Of a stretch of 63,073 bases of DNA, positions 33,210 through 41,830 are shown piece after piece; the stretch's first letter is position 1, and each line of letters begins with the position of its first letter. The notes under the pieces were generated by a model. The model was given only the letters and a program-made list of their open reading frames with translations. It was not told where the DNA came from and ran no database searches. The stretch comes from Vicinamibacterales bacterium. Lineage in GTDB: Bacteria; Acidobacteriota; Vicinamibacteria; Vicinamibacterales; CAVVIG01. A program made the position numbers and the translations under genes. The stretch is taken from the NCBI GenBank assembly GCA_049679965.1, contig JBAUGX010000111.1, positions 1-63,073 of the forward strand. Reading direction: 5' to 3'.

Positions 33210-34295
33210 CTACTGCGAGTTCGCGTACATCAGCAGGATCGCCAGGATCGCAATCGCCAGGATGACGAGCGAGACCTTGATCGCGCTCCATGGGCGCGAT
33301 CCGCTGGTCGCGCCGGTAACGCCATTGACGACCGCCTGATACGACGCGGACCCGTGCACGTACGTCATCAGCCAGATGGGCGCGAGGATGTGCTTGAAGG
33401 TCTGCTCGCTGAAGGTGGCGTCGACGACGAGGTTTCGACAGGTGTCCCCAGGCACCTGCTGCCGGCAGAGCTGCTGCAGCGTGGACTCCATGTGCTGCCG
33501 CGACCGCTCGGCGGCCGCCACCAGATCGATCTGATACCGCTCCACCGTCCAGCCGACCAGATAGCCGGGGTCGAAGGGCACGAGCGTCTCGGTCGGGAAC
33601 GGCTCGATGCGGCGCAGCCGGTCCGCGTTCACCCCGACGGAGGCGCAGACCAAGTCGTCGTTGAAGAAATGTGACAGCTGGCCGGAGGCCGGCGTCCACC
33701 TGACCCGCCGCACCGTCTTGTTGTTTTCGCGAACGTCGTAGTACTGGCCCGACTCGGCGGTCCAGCGCGCGTCGGCCTTCGCGTCAAACGTCCAGTACGG
33801 CAGATAGATCCCCTTGACGGTGTCGGTCGTCGCCTTGGCGCTGAAGGCGTTGGGCGCCAGCCACTGTCGGCCGTACCACCTGCGAATCAAGTCGCGCGCC
33901 TGCGATTCCGAAATTTTCAGCGGCAGCAGCGACTCGGGGCGAAACGGCTCCTTGACCTGTTCGTACGGCACCAGGGCGCTCGAGCCGCAGAAGTCGCAGC
34001 GGCTTCCGATCTGCTGGGGGTCGAAGACCGAGATCGCCTGGCAGCTCTGACAACGGACCGACGTCTTGGCCGCCTGCCAGCCCCGCGCCGAGTCCGGGAT
34101 GCTCCTGATCGCGGCGCCCAGGTCGTGCTCGACGATGACGACGTCCGCGCCAAGGGTCTGCAGGTTGGCCGGCGACTCGGTGCCGCAGAACGGACAGATG
34201 AGCGCCTGCTTCGCGGGATGCCAGTTCGCCTCTGCGCCGCAGGCCGCGCAGGTGAATTTCTGGCGCGCGGTGGCGACCTGATCGGTGTCAGCCAC
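33210..34295 (-). CDS. double zinc-ribbon protein with C-terminal transmembrane anchor
   Basis: The zinc-ribbon motifs are FTCAACG...CPFCG and CQSCQ...CDFCG. The central domain contains YLPYWTF. The C-terminal TM is VSLVILAIAILAILLMY. The gene starts 12 nt after the SPFH gene. Confidence 0.7.
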   Translation of the reverse strand: MADTDQVATARQKFTCAACGAEANWHPAKQALICPFCGTESPANLQTLGADVVIVEHDLGAAIRSIPDSARGWQAAKTSVRCQSCQAISVFDPQQIGSRCDFCGSSALVPYEQVKEPFRPESLLPLKISESQARDLIRRWYGRQWLAPNAFSAKATTDTVKGIYLPYWTFDAKADARWTAESGQYYDVRENNKTVRRVRWTPASGQLSHFFNDDLVCASVGVNADRLRRIEPFPTETLVPFDPGYLVGWTVERYQIDLVAAAERSRQHMESTLQQLCRQQVPGDTCRNLVVDATFSEQTFKHILAPIWLMTYVHGSASYQAVVNGVTGATSGSRPWSAIKVSLVILAIAILAILLMYANSQ

Positions 34296-34307
34296 GTTGG
34301 CGTCAGG

Positions 34308-35363
34308 CTACTTCAGAAAGTCGGCGATCGCCGCTTTCGTGATGCGCCACTGCGTGCCGATGCGCTTGCCCTTGAGGTCGCCCGCCTCGAGGCTCGTGAT
34401 CACGTCGGTCTCGGCCACGCCGAGCATCTTGGCCGCCTCGGCGGGGCCCATCGTTTCCGGAATGCCGGATGCCGCCGGCGCTCCCTGTACAGGAGTCGTT
34501 CCCTGCGCCATGACGCCGCCCGGCTGATTCATCATCTGCTGGGCGATCGACATCCCCACGGCCATCTCGGCGCCGATGCCGCCGACCCCGGAGCCGCCTT
34601 TCTCGAGCCCCTGCGCCATCTGGAACTTGATGTAGTCATTGAGGTTGCCGACAGCGGCCATGCTCGATCGCTTGTCGACCGCCGCCTCGACCTCGGGCGG
34701 CACCGAGACGTTCTCGACGACGAAGGTCGCCATCTCGAGGCCGTATTTCTCCTTGAGCGCCGGATTGATGAGCGGCAGGAGCGCATCGCCGAGCTCGGCG
34801 TAGCGCGTGGCGACGTCGAGCACCGGCACCTGGCTGCTGGCGAGTGCGTCGCTGAAGACGCTGACAATGCGCGAGCGCATCACGTCGGCGAACTCTTCGA
34901 GCCGGAAGTGGTTGTCGGTGCCGGCCACTTCCTTGAGGAATTTCGGCGGCTCGACGATGCGGAAGTCGTAGGTGCCGAAGGCCCGCACCCGCACGATCCC
35001 GAAATCCTTGTCGCGGACCATCACCGGATTCGACGTGCCCCACTTGTTGCCGGTGAAGGGGCGCGTGGTCACGAAGTAGACGTCCGCTTTGAAGGGCGAC
35101 TGGAAGCCGTACTTCCATCCCTTGAGGCGCGAGAGCACCGGGATGTTGTCGGTCGTCAGCGAGTACTTGCCGGGGCCGAAGAGGTCGCCGTACTGGCCCA
35201 GGTAGACGAACTGCACCGCCTGAGATTCGCGGACGATGAGCTGGGCGCCGTTCTTGATTTCCTTGTCCTCGTCCGGAAACCGGAACGAGAGTGTGTCGCG
35301 CGAGTCATCGGTCCATTCGATGATCTCGATGAATTGGCCTTTGATGAAATCAGTCAGTCCCAT
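34308..35363 (-). CDS. SPFH/band-7 domain protein (COG4260/YdjI-like) with C-terminal excisionase-type HTH
   Basis: The N-terminus is GLTDFIKGQFIEIIEWTD...LIVRESQAVQFVYLGQ...GPGKYSLTTDNIP. The C-terminus AAKMLGVAETDVITSLEAGDLKGKRIGTQWRITKAAIADFLK matches the HTH_17 pattern. Confidence 0.8.
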   Translation of the reverse strand: MGLTDFIKGQFIEIIEWTDDSRDTLSFRFPDEDKEIKNGAQLIVRESQAVQFVYLGQYGDLFGPGKYSLTTDNIPVLSRLKGWKYGFQSPFKADVYFVTTRPFTGNKWGTSNPVMVRDKDFGIVRVRAFGTYDFRIVEPPKFLKEVAGTDNHFRLEEFADVMRSRIVSVFSDALASSQVPVLDVATRYAELGDALLPLINPALKEKYGLEMATFVVENVSVPPEVEAAVDKRSSMAAVGNLNDYIKFQMAQGLEKGGSGVGGIGAEMAVGMSIAQQMMNQPGGVMAQGTTPVQGAPAASGIPETMGPAEAAKMLGVAETDVITSLEAGDLKGKRIGTQWRITKAAIADFLK

Positions 35364-35446
35364 CGGTCTCTCCCTTCGGACAAGGACCTATTCTGCCACG
35401 AGGGCCCACGATATACTGACGGACCACGTCGTGACGCAGTTTGGCG

Positions 35447-36973
35447 ATGGAGCACATGACACAGACCAAGAAGCGGACTCCCTTCGACGGACGCATCCTG
35501 ATGCTCGGCTGCGGATCCGTGGGCCGATGCACCCTGCCGCTGGTGCTCCGCCACATCGACATGCCGGCCAGCCGCATCACGGTGATGGACTTCGAGGATG
35601 TGCGACCGAAGATCGAGGAATCGCTCAAAGCCGGCGTGGTCTTCAGGCAGGCGCGCCTGACCCAGGACAACTATCAGAAGCTGCTCGGCGAGCTCGTGGG
35701 CGCGGGCGACGTCATCCTCGATCTCTCCTGGAACGTCGAAACGTTCGATCTGCTCGCTTGGTGCGCCGAGCACGACGTCCGCTACCTCAATACATCCCTC
35801 GAAGAGTGGGATCCCTACGGCGATATCGAGAACAAGTCACCGTACGAACGCAGCCTGTACTCCCGCCAGATGCGGATCCGGGCGCTCAAGAGCCGCCTCA
35901 ATTCGCGCTCCAAGCCGAGCGCGACCGCCATCATGGACCACGGCGCCAACCCGGGCCTCGTCAGCCACTTCACCAAACGCGCGCTGCTCGAAATCGCCAC
36001 CGCCATGCTCGAAAAAGGAATCCCGGCGGCGACCGAGGTCAATAGGGCGGCGTTCGAGAAGCTCGTGGCCAATGCCGAAGCCGAAGGCGAAGGGTCATTC
36101 GCCCGGCTGAGCCAGGCGACCGGCACCAAGGTCGTGCACATCTCGGAGCGCGACACGCAAGTCTCGTCCCGACCCAAGGCGCCCAACGAATTCGTCAACA
36201 CGTGGTCGATTGAGGGTTTTTTCGAGGAAGGCACGGCGCCCGCCGAGCTTGGTTGGGGCACGCACGAGCGCCGCCTCCCACGGCACGCGCACACGCCGAT
36301 TGGCGGTCCCGGCAACCAGATCTTTCTCGCGCAACCGGGCATTCGGACGTTCGTCCACTCGTGGGTCCCCGCCGGCGGACCGATTATCGGGATGGTGGTG
36401 CGCCATGCCGAGTCCTTCACCATCAGCGACTACCTGACGGTCTGGGAGGATACGCCCGAGGGACGGCTCGCCGTCTATCGCCCGACGGTCCATTACGCCT
36501 ACATGCCCTGCGACAACGCCATCCTCAGCCTCTACGAGCTGACGATGCGCAACTTCCAGCTCCAGCCGAAGCTCAGGATCATGGCGGACGAGATCACCGG
36601 CGGGATGGACGAACTTGGCGTGCTCCTCATGGGCCACGGCCTCACCGGCTGGTGGACCGGCTCGCAGCTAGATATCCACGAGACGCGCCAGCTCGTGCCA
36701 GGCCAGAACGCGACCACGCTTCAGGTCGCCGCCTCCGTGCTCGGGGGATTGGTCTTCATGATTCACCACCCGAGCAAGGGCATCCTCGTGCCCGACGAGC
36801 TGCCGCACAGGGAGATTCTCGATATCGCCGGTGGTTACCTGGGGCCCTGTCCGTCGGTCCAGACGAATTGGACGCCGCTCGAGAGCCGGTCCCGCTTGTT
36901 CGCGAAGTGGGGCGCTCCACCCGTGGACGAGGCGGACCTCTGGCAATTTGCCAGTTTCGCCCTGGAACCTTGA
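35447..36973 (+). CDS. hss: homospermidine synthase-like (saccharopine-dehydrogenase fold), paralogue 1
   Basis: The protein reads RILMLGCGSVGRCTLPLVLRH...ILDLSWNV...YLNTSLEEWDPY...HGANPGLVSHFTK...FVNTWSIEGF. The start is ATG 35447; the track begins at TTG 35441. Confidence 0.75.
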   Translation: MEHMTQTKKRTPFDGRILMLGCGSVGRCTLPLVLRHIDMPASRITVMDFEDVRPKIEESLKAGVVFRQARLTQDNYQKLLGELVGAGDVILDLSWNVETFDLLAWCAEHDVRYLNTSLEEWDPYGDIENKSPYERSLYSRQMRIRALKSRLNSRSKPSATAIMDHGANPGLVSHFTKRALLEIATAMLEKGIPAATEVNRAAFEKLVANAEAEGEGSFARLSQATGTKVVHISERDTQVSSRPKAPNEFVNTWSIEGFFEEGTAPAELGWGTHERRLPRHAHTPIGGPGNQIFLAQPGIRTFVHSWVPAGGPIIGMVVRHAESFTISDYLTVWEDTPEGRLAVYRPTVHYAYMPCDNAILSLYELTMRNFQLQPKLRIMADEITGGMDELGVLLMGHGLTGWWTGSQLDIHETRQLVPGQNATTLQVAASVLGGLVFMIHHPSKGILVPDELPHREILDIAGGYLGPCPSVQTNWTPLESRSRLFAKWGAPPVDEADLWQFASFALEP

Positions 36974-36976
36974 GAC

Positions 36977-38257
36977 GTGAAGCTGACCGATCTTCGGGGC
37001 ATCCTGCAGTACGTCCCCCAGTTCCGCGAAAAGACCTTCATCCTCGCGGTCGACGGCGCCATCGTCACCGATGACAACTTCGCCACGCTGCTGCTGGACG
37101 TGGCGCTCCTGTGGTCGCTCAACATCCGGGTGGTGCTCGTCCACGGCGCGTCGGCGCAGATCAGGGCGCTCGCCGAAGAGCACCACGTCAAGGCCTCGGA
37201 TTTCGACGGCACGGGCGTCACCGACGCTCCCACGCTCGACTTGGCGTTGACGGCCGCCAACCGCCTGACGCACGAGATTCTGGAAGGTCTGTCCGCCAAC
37301 GACCTGCGCGCCGCCACCACGAATGTGATCATCGCCCACCCGGTCGGCATCATCCAGGGCGTGGACCATCTCTTCACCGGCAAGGTCGAGCGCGTCGACA
37401 CCGATCTGCTCCAGTCGCTGCTCACGCAGGGCGTCGTCCCGGTCATTCCCCCGCTCGGCTTCGACGGCGACGGCAAGACGTATCGCGTGAATTCAGACGG
37501 CGTGGCGGTGGCCGTGGCCGAACAGCTGAAGGCCATCAAGCTGATCTTCGTCACCACCCAGGATGGATTGATCCACCGCGGGGAACTGATTCGACAGATG
37601 CTCGTGGCGGACCTAGGCAAGCTCATCCAAACCGACAGCGCGGGTTTCGCGACCGACATGCTCTCCAAGGCGCAACACGCGGCGGCCGCCTGCCAGGCCG
37701 GCGTTCCCCGTGTCCACGTGATCAACGGCACCCTGGACGAAGGCTTATTGGGGGAAGTGTTCTCGAACCACGGCCTCGGGACGCTCATCTATGCGAACGA
37801 GTACGAGCACATCCGGCCAGCCAAGAAGAAGGACGTGCGGGCCATTCAGCTGCTGACCAAGCAGGCCGTCGAGGCCGAGGAGCTGGTGAAACGCACCAGG
37901 GCGGTGATCGAAAAGAGCCTCGGCGACTACTACATCTTCGAAATTGACAAGAACTCCGTGGGGTGCGTCGCCCTGCATGTGTATCCCGAGCAGAACAAGG
38001 GTGAGTTGGCGTGCCTGTACGTCGCCTCCTCGCACGAAAATCAGGGCATCGGCCGCAAGCTCATCCAGTTTGTCGAAGCCAAGGCGCGCGAATTGGGCTT
38101 GAAGGAGCTGCTCGCGCTCTCGACGCAGGCCTTCACGTACTTCCAGTCGAAAGCGGGATTTGTCGAAGGCACGCCGGACGATTTGCCGCCCGAGCGCCTG
38201 GAGAAGTACGCACAGAGCGGCCGGCACTCGAAGGTGCTGGTCAAGAAGCTCAAATAA
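36977..38257 (+). CDS. argA: amino-acid N-acetyltransferase (N-acetylglutamate synthase: AAK + GNAT)
   Basis: The protein is collinear with E. coli ArgA as I remember it: FREKTFILAVDGAIV...NIRVVLVHGASAQI...; the GNAT half is ELACLYVASSHENQGIGRKLI; the C-terminus is RHSKVLVKKL. Confidence 0.85.
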   Translation: MKLTDLRGILQYVPQFREKTFILAVDGAIVTDDNFATLLLDVALLWSLNIRVVLVHGASAQIRALAEEHHVKASDFDGTGVTDAPTLDLALTAANRLTHEILEGLSANDLRAATTNVIIAHPVGIIQGVDHLFTGKVERVDTDLLQSLLTQGVVPVIPPLGFDGDGKTYRVNSDGVAVAVAEQLKAIKLIFVTTQDGLIHRGELIRQMLVADLGKLIQTDSAGFATDMLSKAQHAAAACQAGVPRVHVINGTLDEGLLGEVFSNHGLGTLIYANEYEHIRPAKKKDVRAIQLLTKQAVEAEELVKRTRAVIEKSLGDYYIFEIDKNSVGCVALHVYPEQNKGELACLYVASSHENQGIGRKLIQFVEAKARELGLKELLALSTQAFTYFQSKAGFVEGTPDDLPPERLEKYAQSGRHSKVLVKKLK

Positions 38258-38273
38258 GGGAGTTCACAGAGGG

Positions 38274-39737
38274 ATGCCGACCTTTTCTCGTCGAATCGTG
38301 TTCGTCGGCTTTGGGGCCGTCGCGCGGTGCACGCTGCCGATTCTGCTGCGCCACGTCACCGTCGATCCCAGGCTCATCACCATCATCGAGTTCGATCCGG
38401 ACGAGGCGGCGCTTCGGCCCTGGATCGAGCGCGGCGTGACGTTCGTCAAGAACCGCGTGACGGAGGACAACCTCGGCTCGCTCCTCGGCACGCATCTGTC
38501 GGCCGGCGACCTGCTCATCGATCTGGCCTGGAACATCGACTGCGGCGAGGTGGTGCAGTGGTGTCACGACCACGGCGTGCTGTACGTGAACACGTCGGTG
38601 GAACTCTGGGATCCGTACGCCGGCGCGGACAACAAGCCTCCGACGGAGCGGACGCTGTACTGGCGCCACATGAAGCTGCGGGCGCGCGTGGCCTCGTGGA
38701 AGGAGCCTGGGCCGACGGCCGTGATCGAGCACGGCGCCAATCCGGGCCTGATCAGTCACTTCACGAAGCAGGCGCTCCTGGACATCGCGGAACGGGCGCT
38801 GGCGGAACGCAAGTTCGCCGGCGCGCAGGCCGAGCGCGTCGCGCATCACGCCGCGGCGCGGGAGTTCAACCACCTGGCCCACCAGCTGGGCGTCAAGGTC
38901 ATCCATTGCAGTGAGCGCGACACGCAGATTACCGATCGCCCCAAGGAAGTGAACGAGTTCGTCAACACCTGGAGCGTCGAGGGCTTCCGCGAGGAAGGCA
39001 CGACGACGGCCGAGATGGGCTGGGGCACGCATGAGAAAGAGCTGCCCGCGCTCGCCTTCGAGCACACTGAGGGTCCCCGCAGCCAGATCTGTCTGGCGCG
39101 GATGGGCATCAACACCTATGTCGTCAGCTGGGTGCCACCGGACCACCTCATCGTCGGCATGGTCGTCCGCCACGGCGAAGCCTTCACGATTACCGAGAAA
39201 CTGACCGTCTGGGACGGCGGAAAGGCCGTCTACCGGCCGACGGTGCATTATGCGTATTGTCCGGCCGACGTGGCGCTTGCCTCGCTTCACGAGCTGCGCG
39301 GCCGCGACTACAACCTGCAGCCGCGCATCCGCATCCTGACCGACGATGAGATTACGAGCGGCGCTGACATCCTCGGCGCACTCGTCATGGGCCACCCGTA
39401 TCAGTCGTGGTGGTGCGGATCGGACCTCGACATCGAGGAGTCCCGGCGCCTCGTGCCCCATCAGAACGCCACCACCATGCAGGTCGCCATTTCCGTCGTG
39501 GCCGCCTGCCGGTGGATGATCGACAACCCGCGCCGCGGGGTGTGCGTGCCCGACGACCTGCCCCACGACTACATCCTGGAGATCAGCAAACCGTACCTGG
39601 GCAAGTTCATCTCCGTGGCGTCGGACTGGAATCCGCTCAAGCACTACACCAACGCCTTTCTCGGCTTCAACAATCCTCAGATCGATCGGTCCGATCCGTG
39701 GCAGTTCAAGAATTTCCTGATCACCGAGGGAGACTAG
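38274..39737 (+). CDS. homospermidine synthase-like, paralogue 2
   Basis: The protein reads RIVFVGFGAVARCTLPILLRH...LIDLAWNI...YVNTSVELWDPY...HGANPGLISHFTK...FVNTWSVEGF. By eye it is about half identical to paralogue 1. The start is ATG 38274. Confidence 0.75.
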   Translation: MPTFSRRIVFVGFGAVARCTLPILLRHVTVDPRLITIIEFDPDEAALRPWIERGVTFVKNRVTEDNLGSLLGTHLSAGDLLIDLAWNIDCGEVVQWCHDHGVLYVNTSVELWDPYAGADNKPPTERTLYWRHMKLRARVASWKEPGPTAVIEHGANPGLISHFTKQALLDIAERALAERKFAGAQAERVAHHAAAREFNHLAHQLGVKVIHCSERDTQITDRPKEVNEFVNTWSVEGFREEGTTTAEMGWGTHEKELPALAFEHTEGPRSQICLARMGINTYVVSWVPPDHLIVGMVVRHGEAFTITEKLTVWDGGKAVYRPTVHYAYCPADVALASLHELRGRDYNLQPRIRILTDDEITSGADILGALVMGHPYQSWWCGSDLDIEESRRLVPHQNATTMQVAISVVAACRWMIDNPRRGVCVPDDLPHDYILEISKPYLGKFISVASDWNPLKHYTNAFLGFNNPQIDRSDPWQFKNFLITEGD

Positions 39738-40870
39738 TGGACGAGAAAACGCTGCTCCGGCTGGCCAAAACCCACGGCACGCCCCTCGTCGTCGTGGACC
39801 ACAAGGTGTTGCGCGAGAATTACGGACAGTTTCGCAAGTACCTGCCGCGCGTGCAGGCCTATTACGCCGTCAAAGCCAACAGCGCCTCCGAGATTGTGCG
39901 GACGTTCTACGAGGCGGGCGCAAGTTTCGATGTGGCGAGCATGGCCGAGTTCCTGACGGTGTACGAGAACGTGAAAGACCTCTCGGAGGAGGCGCGACAG
40001 GCCTTCATCTGGGACCGCATCATCTACGCCAACCCCATCAAGGCGACCGAGACCCTCGAACAGCTGGATCCCTACAAGCCCCTGGTGACCTACGACAACC
40101 TCGAGGAGGTCATCAAGATTGCCAAGCACGCGCCGCACGCGGGACTCGTGCTGCGGTTGGGCGTGCCGAATACCGGATCGATGGTGGAGCTGTCGAGCAA
40201 GTTCGGGGCGTTGCCGGGCGAGGCCGTGGACCTCATCATGTTTGCCCGCGACCACAAGCTGGAAGTCGAGGGGCTCAGCTTCCACGTCGGCAGCCAGTGC
40301 ACGAACCTCCAGAACTACATCCAGGCGCTCCAGCTGTCCCACAGCGTGTTCGCCGAAGCCAAAGCGCAGGGCGTCGAGCTCAAGCTGCTTGATATCGGCG
40401 GAGGCTTTCCGGCGCACTACGACGACACGGTCCCCGCCTTCAGGAACGTGGCTCGGGCGATTAACCGGGAGCTGGACCGCCTCTTTCCGCAACCGGTCGA
40501 GATTCTCGCCGAGCCGGGGCGATTTCTCGTGGCCTCCGCGGCGACCGCGGTTTCGCAGATCATTGGCAAAGCCATCCGTGGCGGGAAGCTCTGCTACTAC
40601 GTGAACGACGGCGTCTATCAGACCTACAGCGGCGTGATATTCGACCACTGCCAATACCCCGTGAAGAGCTTCAAGAACGCTCCCACCCAGATCTGCTCAG
40701 TGTTTGGCCCCACCTGTGATGCGCTCGACACGATCAGCCTGGCCGAGGAGCTGCCCGACATGGACCTGGGAGAGTTCGTCTACTCCAAGAACATGGGCGC
40801 CTACTCGGCGGCCAGCAGCACCTACTTCAATGGCTTTCCGCCCGCGCGGGTCGTACATGTGAATCAGTGA
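39737..40870 (+). CDS. group IV (alanine-racemase-fold) PLP decarboxylase, ornithine/basic-amino-acid type
   Basis: The PLP-lysine context is AYYAVKANS. The GGGFP loop and the FGPTCDALD active-site Cys are present. GTG 39737 shares one base with the preceding stop. Confidence 0.85.
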   Translation: MDEKTLLRLAKTHGTPLVVVDHKVLRENYGQFRKYLPRVQAYYAVKANSASEIVRTFYEAGASFDVASMAEFLTVYENVKDLSEEARQAFIWDRIIYANPIKATETLEQLDPYKPLVTYDNLEEVIKIAKHAPHAGLVLRLGVPNTGSMVELSSKFGALPGEAVDLIMFARDHKLEVEGLSFHVGSQCTNLQNYIQALQLSHSVFAEAKAQGVELKLLDIGGGFPAHYDDTVPAFRNVARAINRELDRLFPQPVEILAEPGRFLVASAATAVSQIIGKAIRGGKLCYYVNDGVYQTYSGVIFDHCQYPVKSFKNAPTQICSVFGPTCDALDTISLAEELPDMDLGEFVYSKNMGAYSAASSTYFNGFPPARVVHVNQ

Positions 40871-41718
40871 GGTGCGGTGCGGGAGGAGCTCCCCTCGGTT
40901 TGTGCGATGCGCTGCGCCCATGACCGCAGCACGCCGCCGCCGGGAAATGCGGTTCGCACACCGCCCTCGAATCGTGCTGTTTCCCCGCGGCCCGTGCGTT
41001 GTGCGCCTGCTGACGCCGACACCGGCACCTGCCAGATGTCCGCAAGCGCACTCAGCAGTGCCTGTCCCGTGGCGCCCTCGCCGACGTGACATCCGTGCAA
41101 CTCGGCGCTGCCAGCTCGGCTGAAGACCGCGGCGAGCCGTCCCCAGTCGCTTCGCATCACCCGAACCGCCTGCGCCGTCAACGCCGAGCCGTGCGATGTC
41201 GTCCGGCCACCGGGCGCTCCGTGCCCGGCGGAGACGATTTGGTATCCGGCGAGTCCGTGGCCGAAGATCCGGAGCAGCGCGAGTCTCCTGCCGCTGCGCG
41301 CAGCGATCACCTGATCGATCATCTGCGACACGCCGTTTGACATGCCGATGCTCGCGCTCTGAGCGGGCATGCCGGCGCGCGCGAGCTCACTGGCTGCGAC
41401 AAGGCCGAACTGCTGCCCGCTTCGGATGGAGGCGACGATGTCTCGACCCTCGATCATCGCCACGACGAGGTCATCGACGTCGACGTGGTCGACCGCGGCA
41501 TACGGTCCCAGGTCGAGGAGTCGGCGCCACGTGGCCGTGTCGACCATCCCTGTTTGCGCCAGGGGTGGATTGGCCCGCTGAAACGCGCGGACGGCGTCGG
41601 CGGTCCCCTGGCCAAACGAGCCGTCGATGGTGATGGCCGCCTGCGGCGGGCGGGTGGCCAGCAGCAGCTGGACCAGGACGACCTTGGGGTCGTTGTCACC
41701 CAGATGGATGTCGATCAT
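40864..41718 (-). CDS. PG_binding_1 + DUF4347-like domain protein
   Basis: The N-terminus VVLVQLLL...IDGSFGQGTADAVRAFQ is a peptidoglycan-binding repeat. The C-terminus LRIFGHGLAGYQIV...AELHGCHVGEGATGQALLSALADIWQVPVSAS matches the DUF4347 pattern (HGSPG...LYGCNVA...VAAS). Confidence 0.65.
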   Translation of the reverse strand: MIDIHLGDNDPKVVLVQLLLATRPPQAAITIDGSFGQGTADAVRAFQRANPPLAQTGMVDTATWRRLLDLGPYAAVDHVDVDDLVVAMIEGRDIVASIRSGQQFGLVAASELARAGMPAQSASIGMSNGVSQMIDQVIAARSGRRLALLRIFGHGLAGYQIVSAGHGAPGGRTTSHGSALTAQAVRVMRSDWGRLAAVFSRAGSAELHGCHVGEGATGQALLSALADIWQVPVSASAGAQRTGRGETARFEGGVRTAFPGGGVLRSWAQRIAQTEGSSSRTAPH

Positions 41719-41830
41719 GAAGGCGCCTCACACTTCTCGGGACACGCGGCCCACCGATTATGGCGCTCGTCAAAGGGGTGTCAAGTGCTGCACACTGACG
41801 CACCCGCAGCGACGCGGGGGAGGTGAGATT

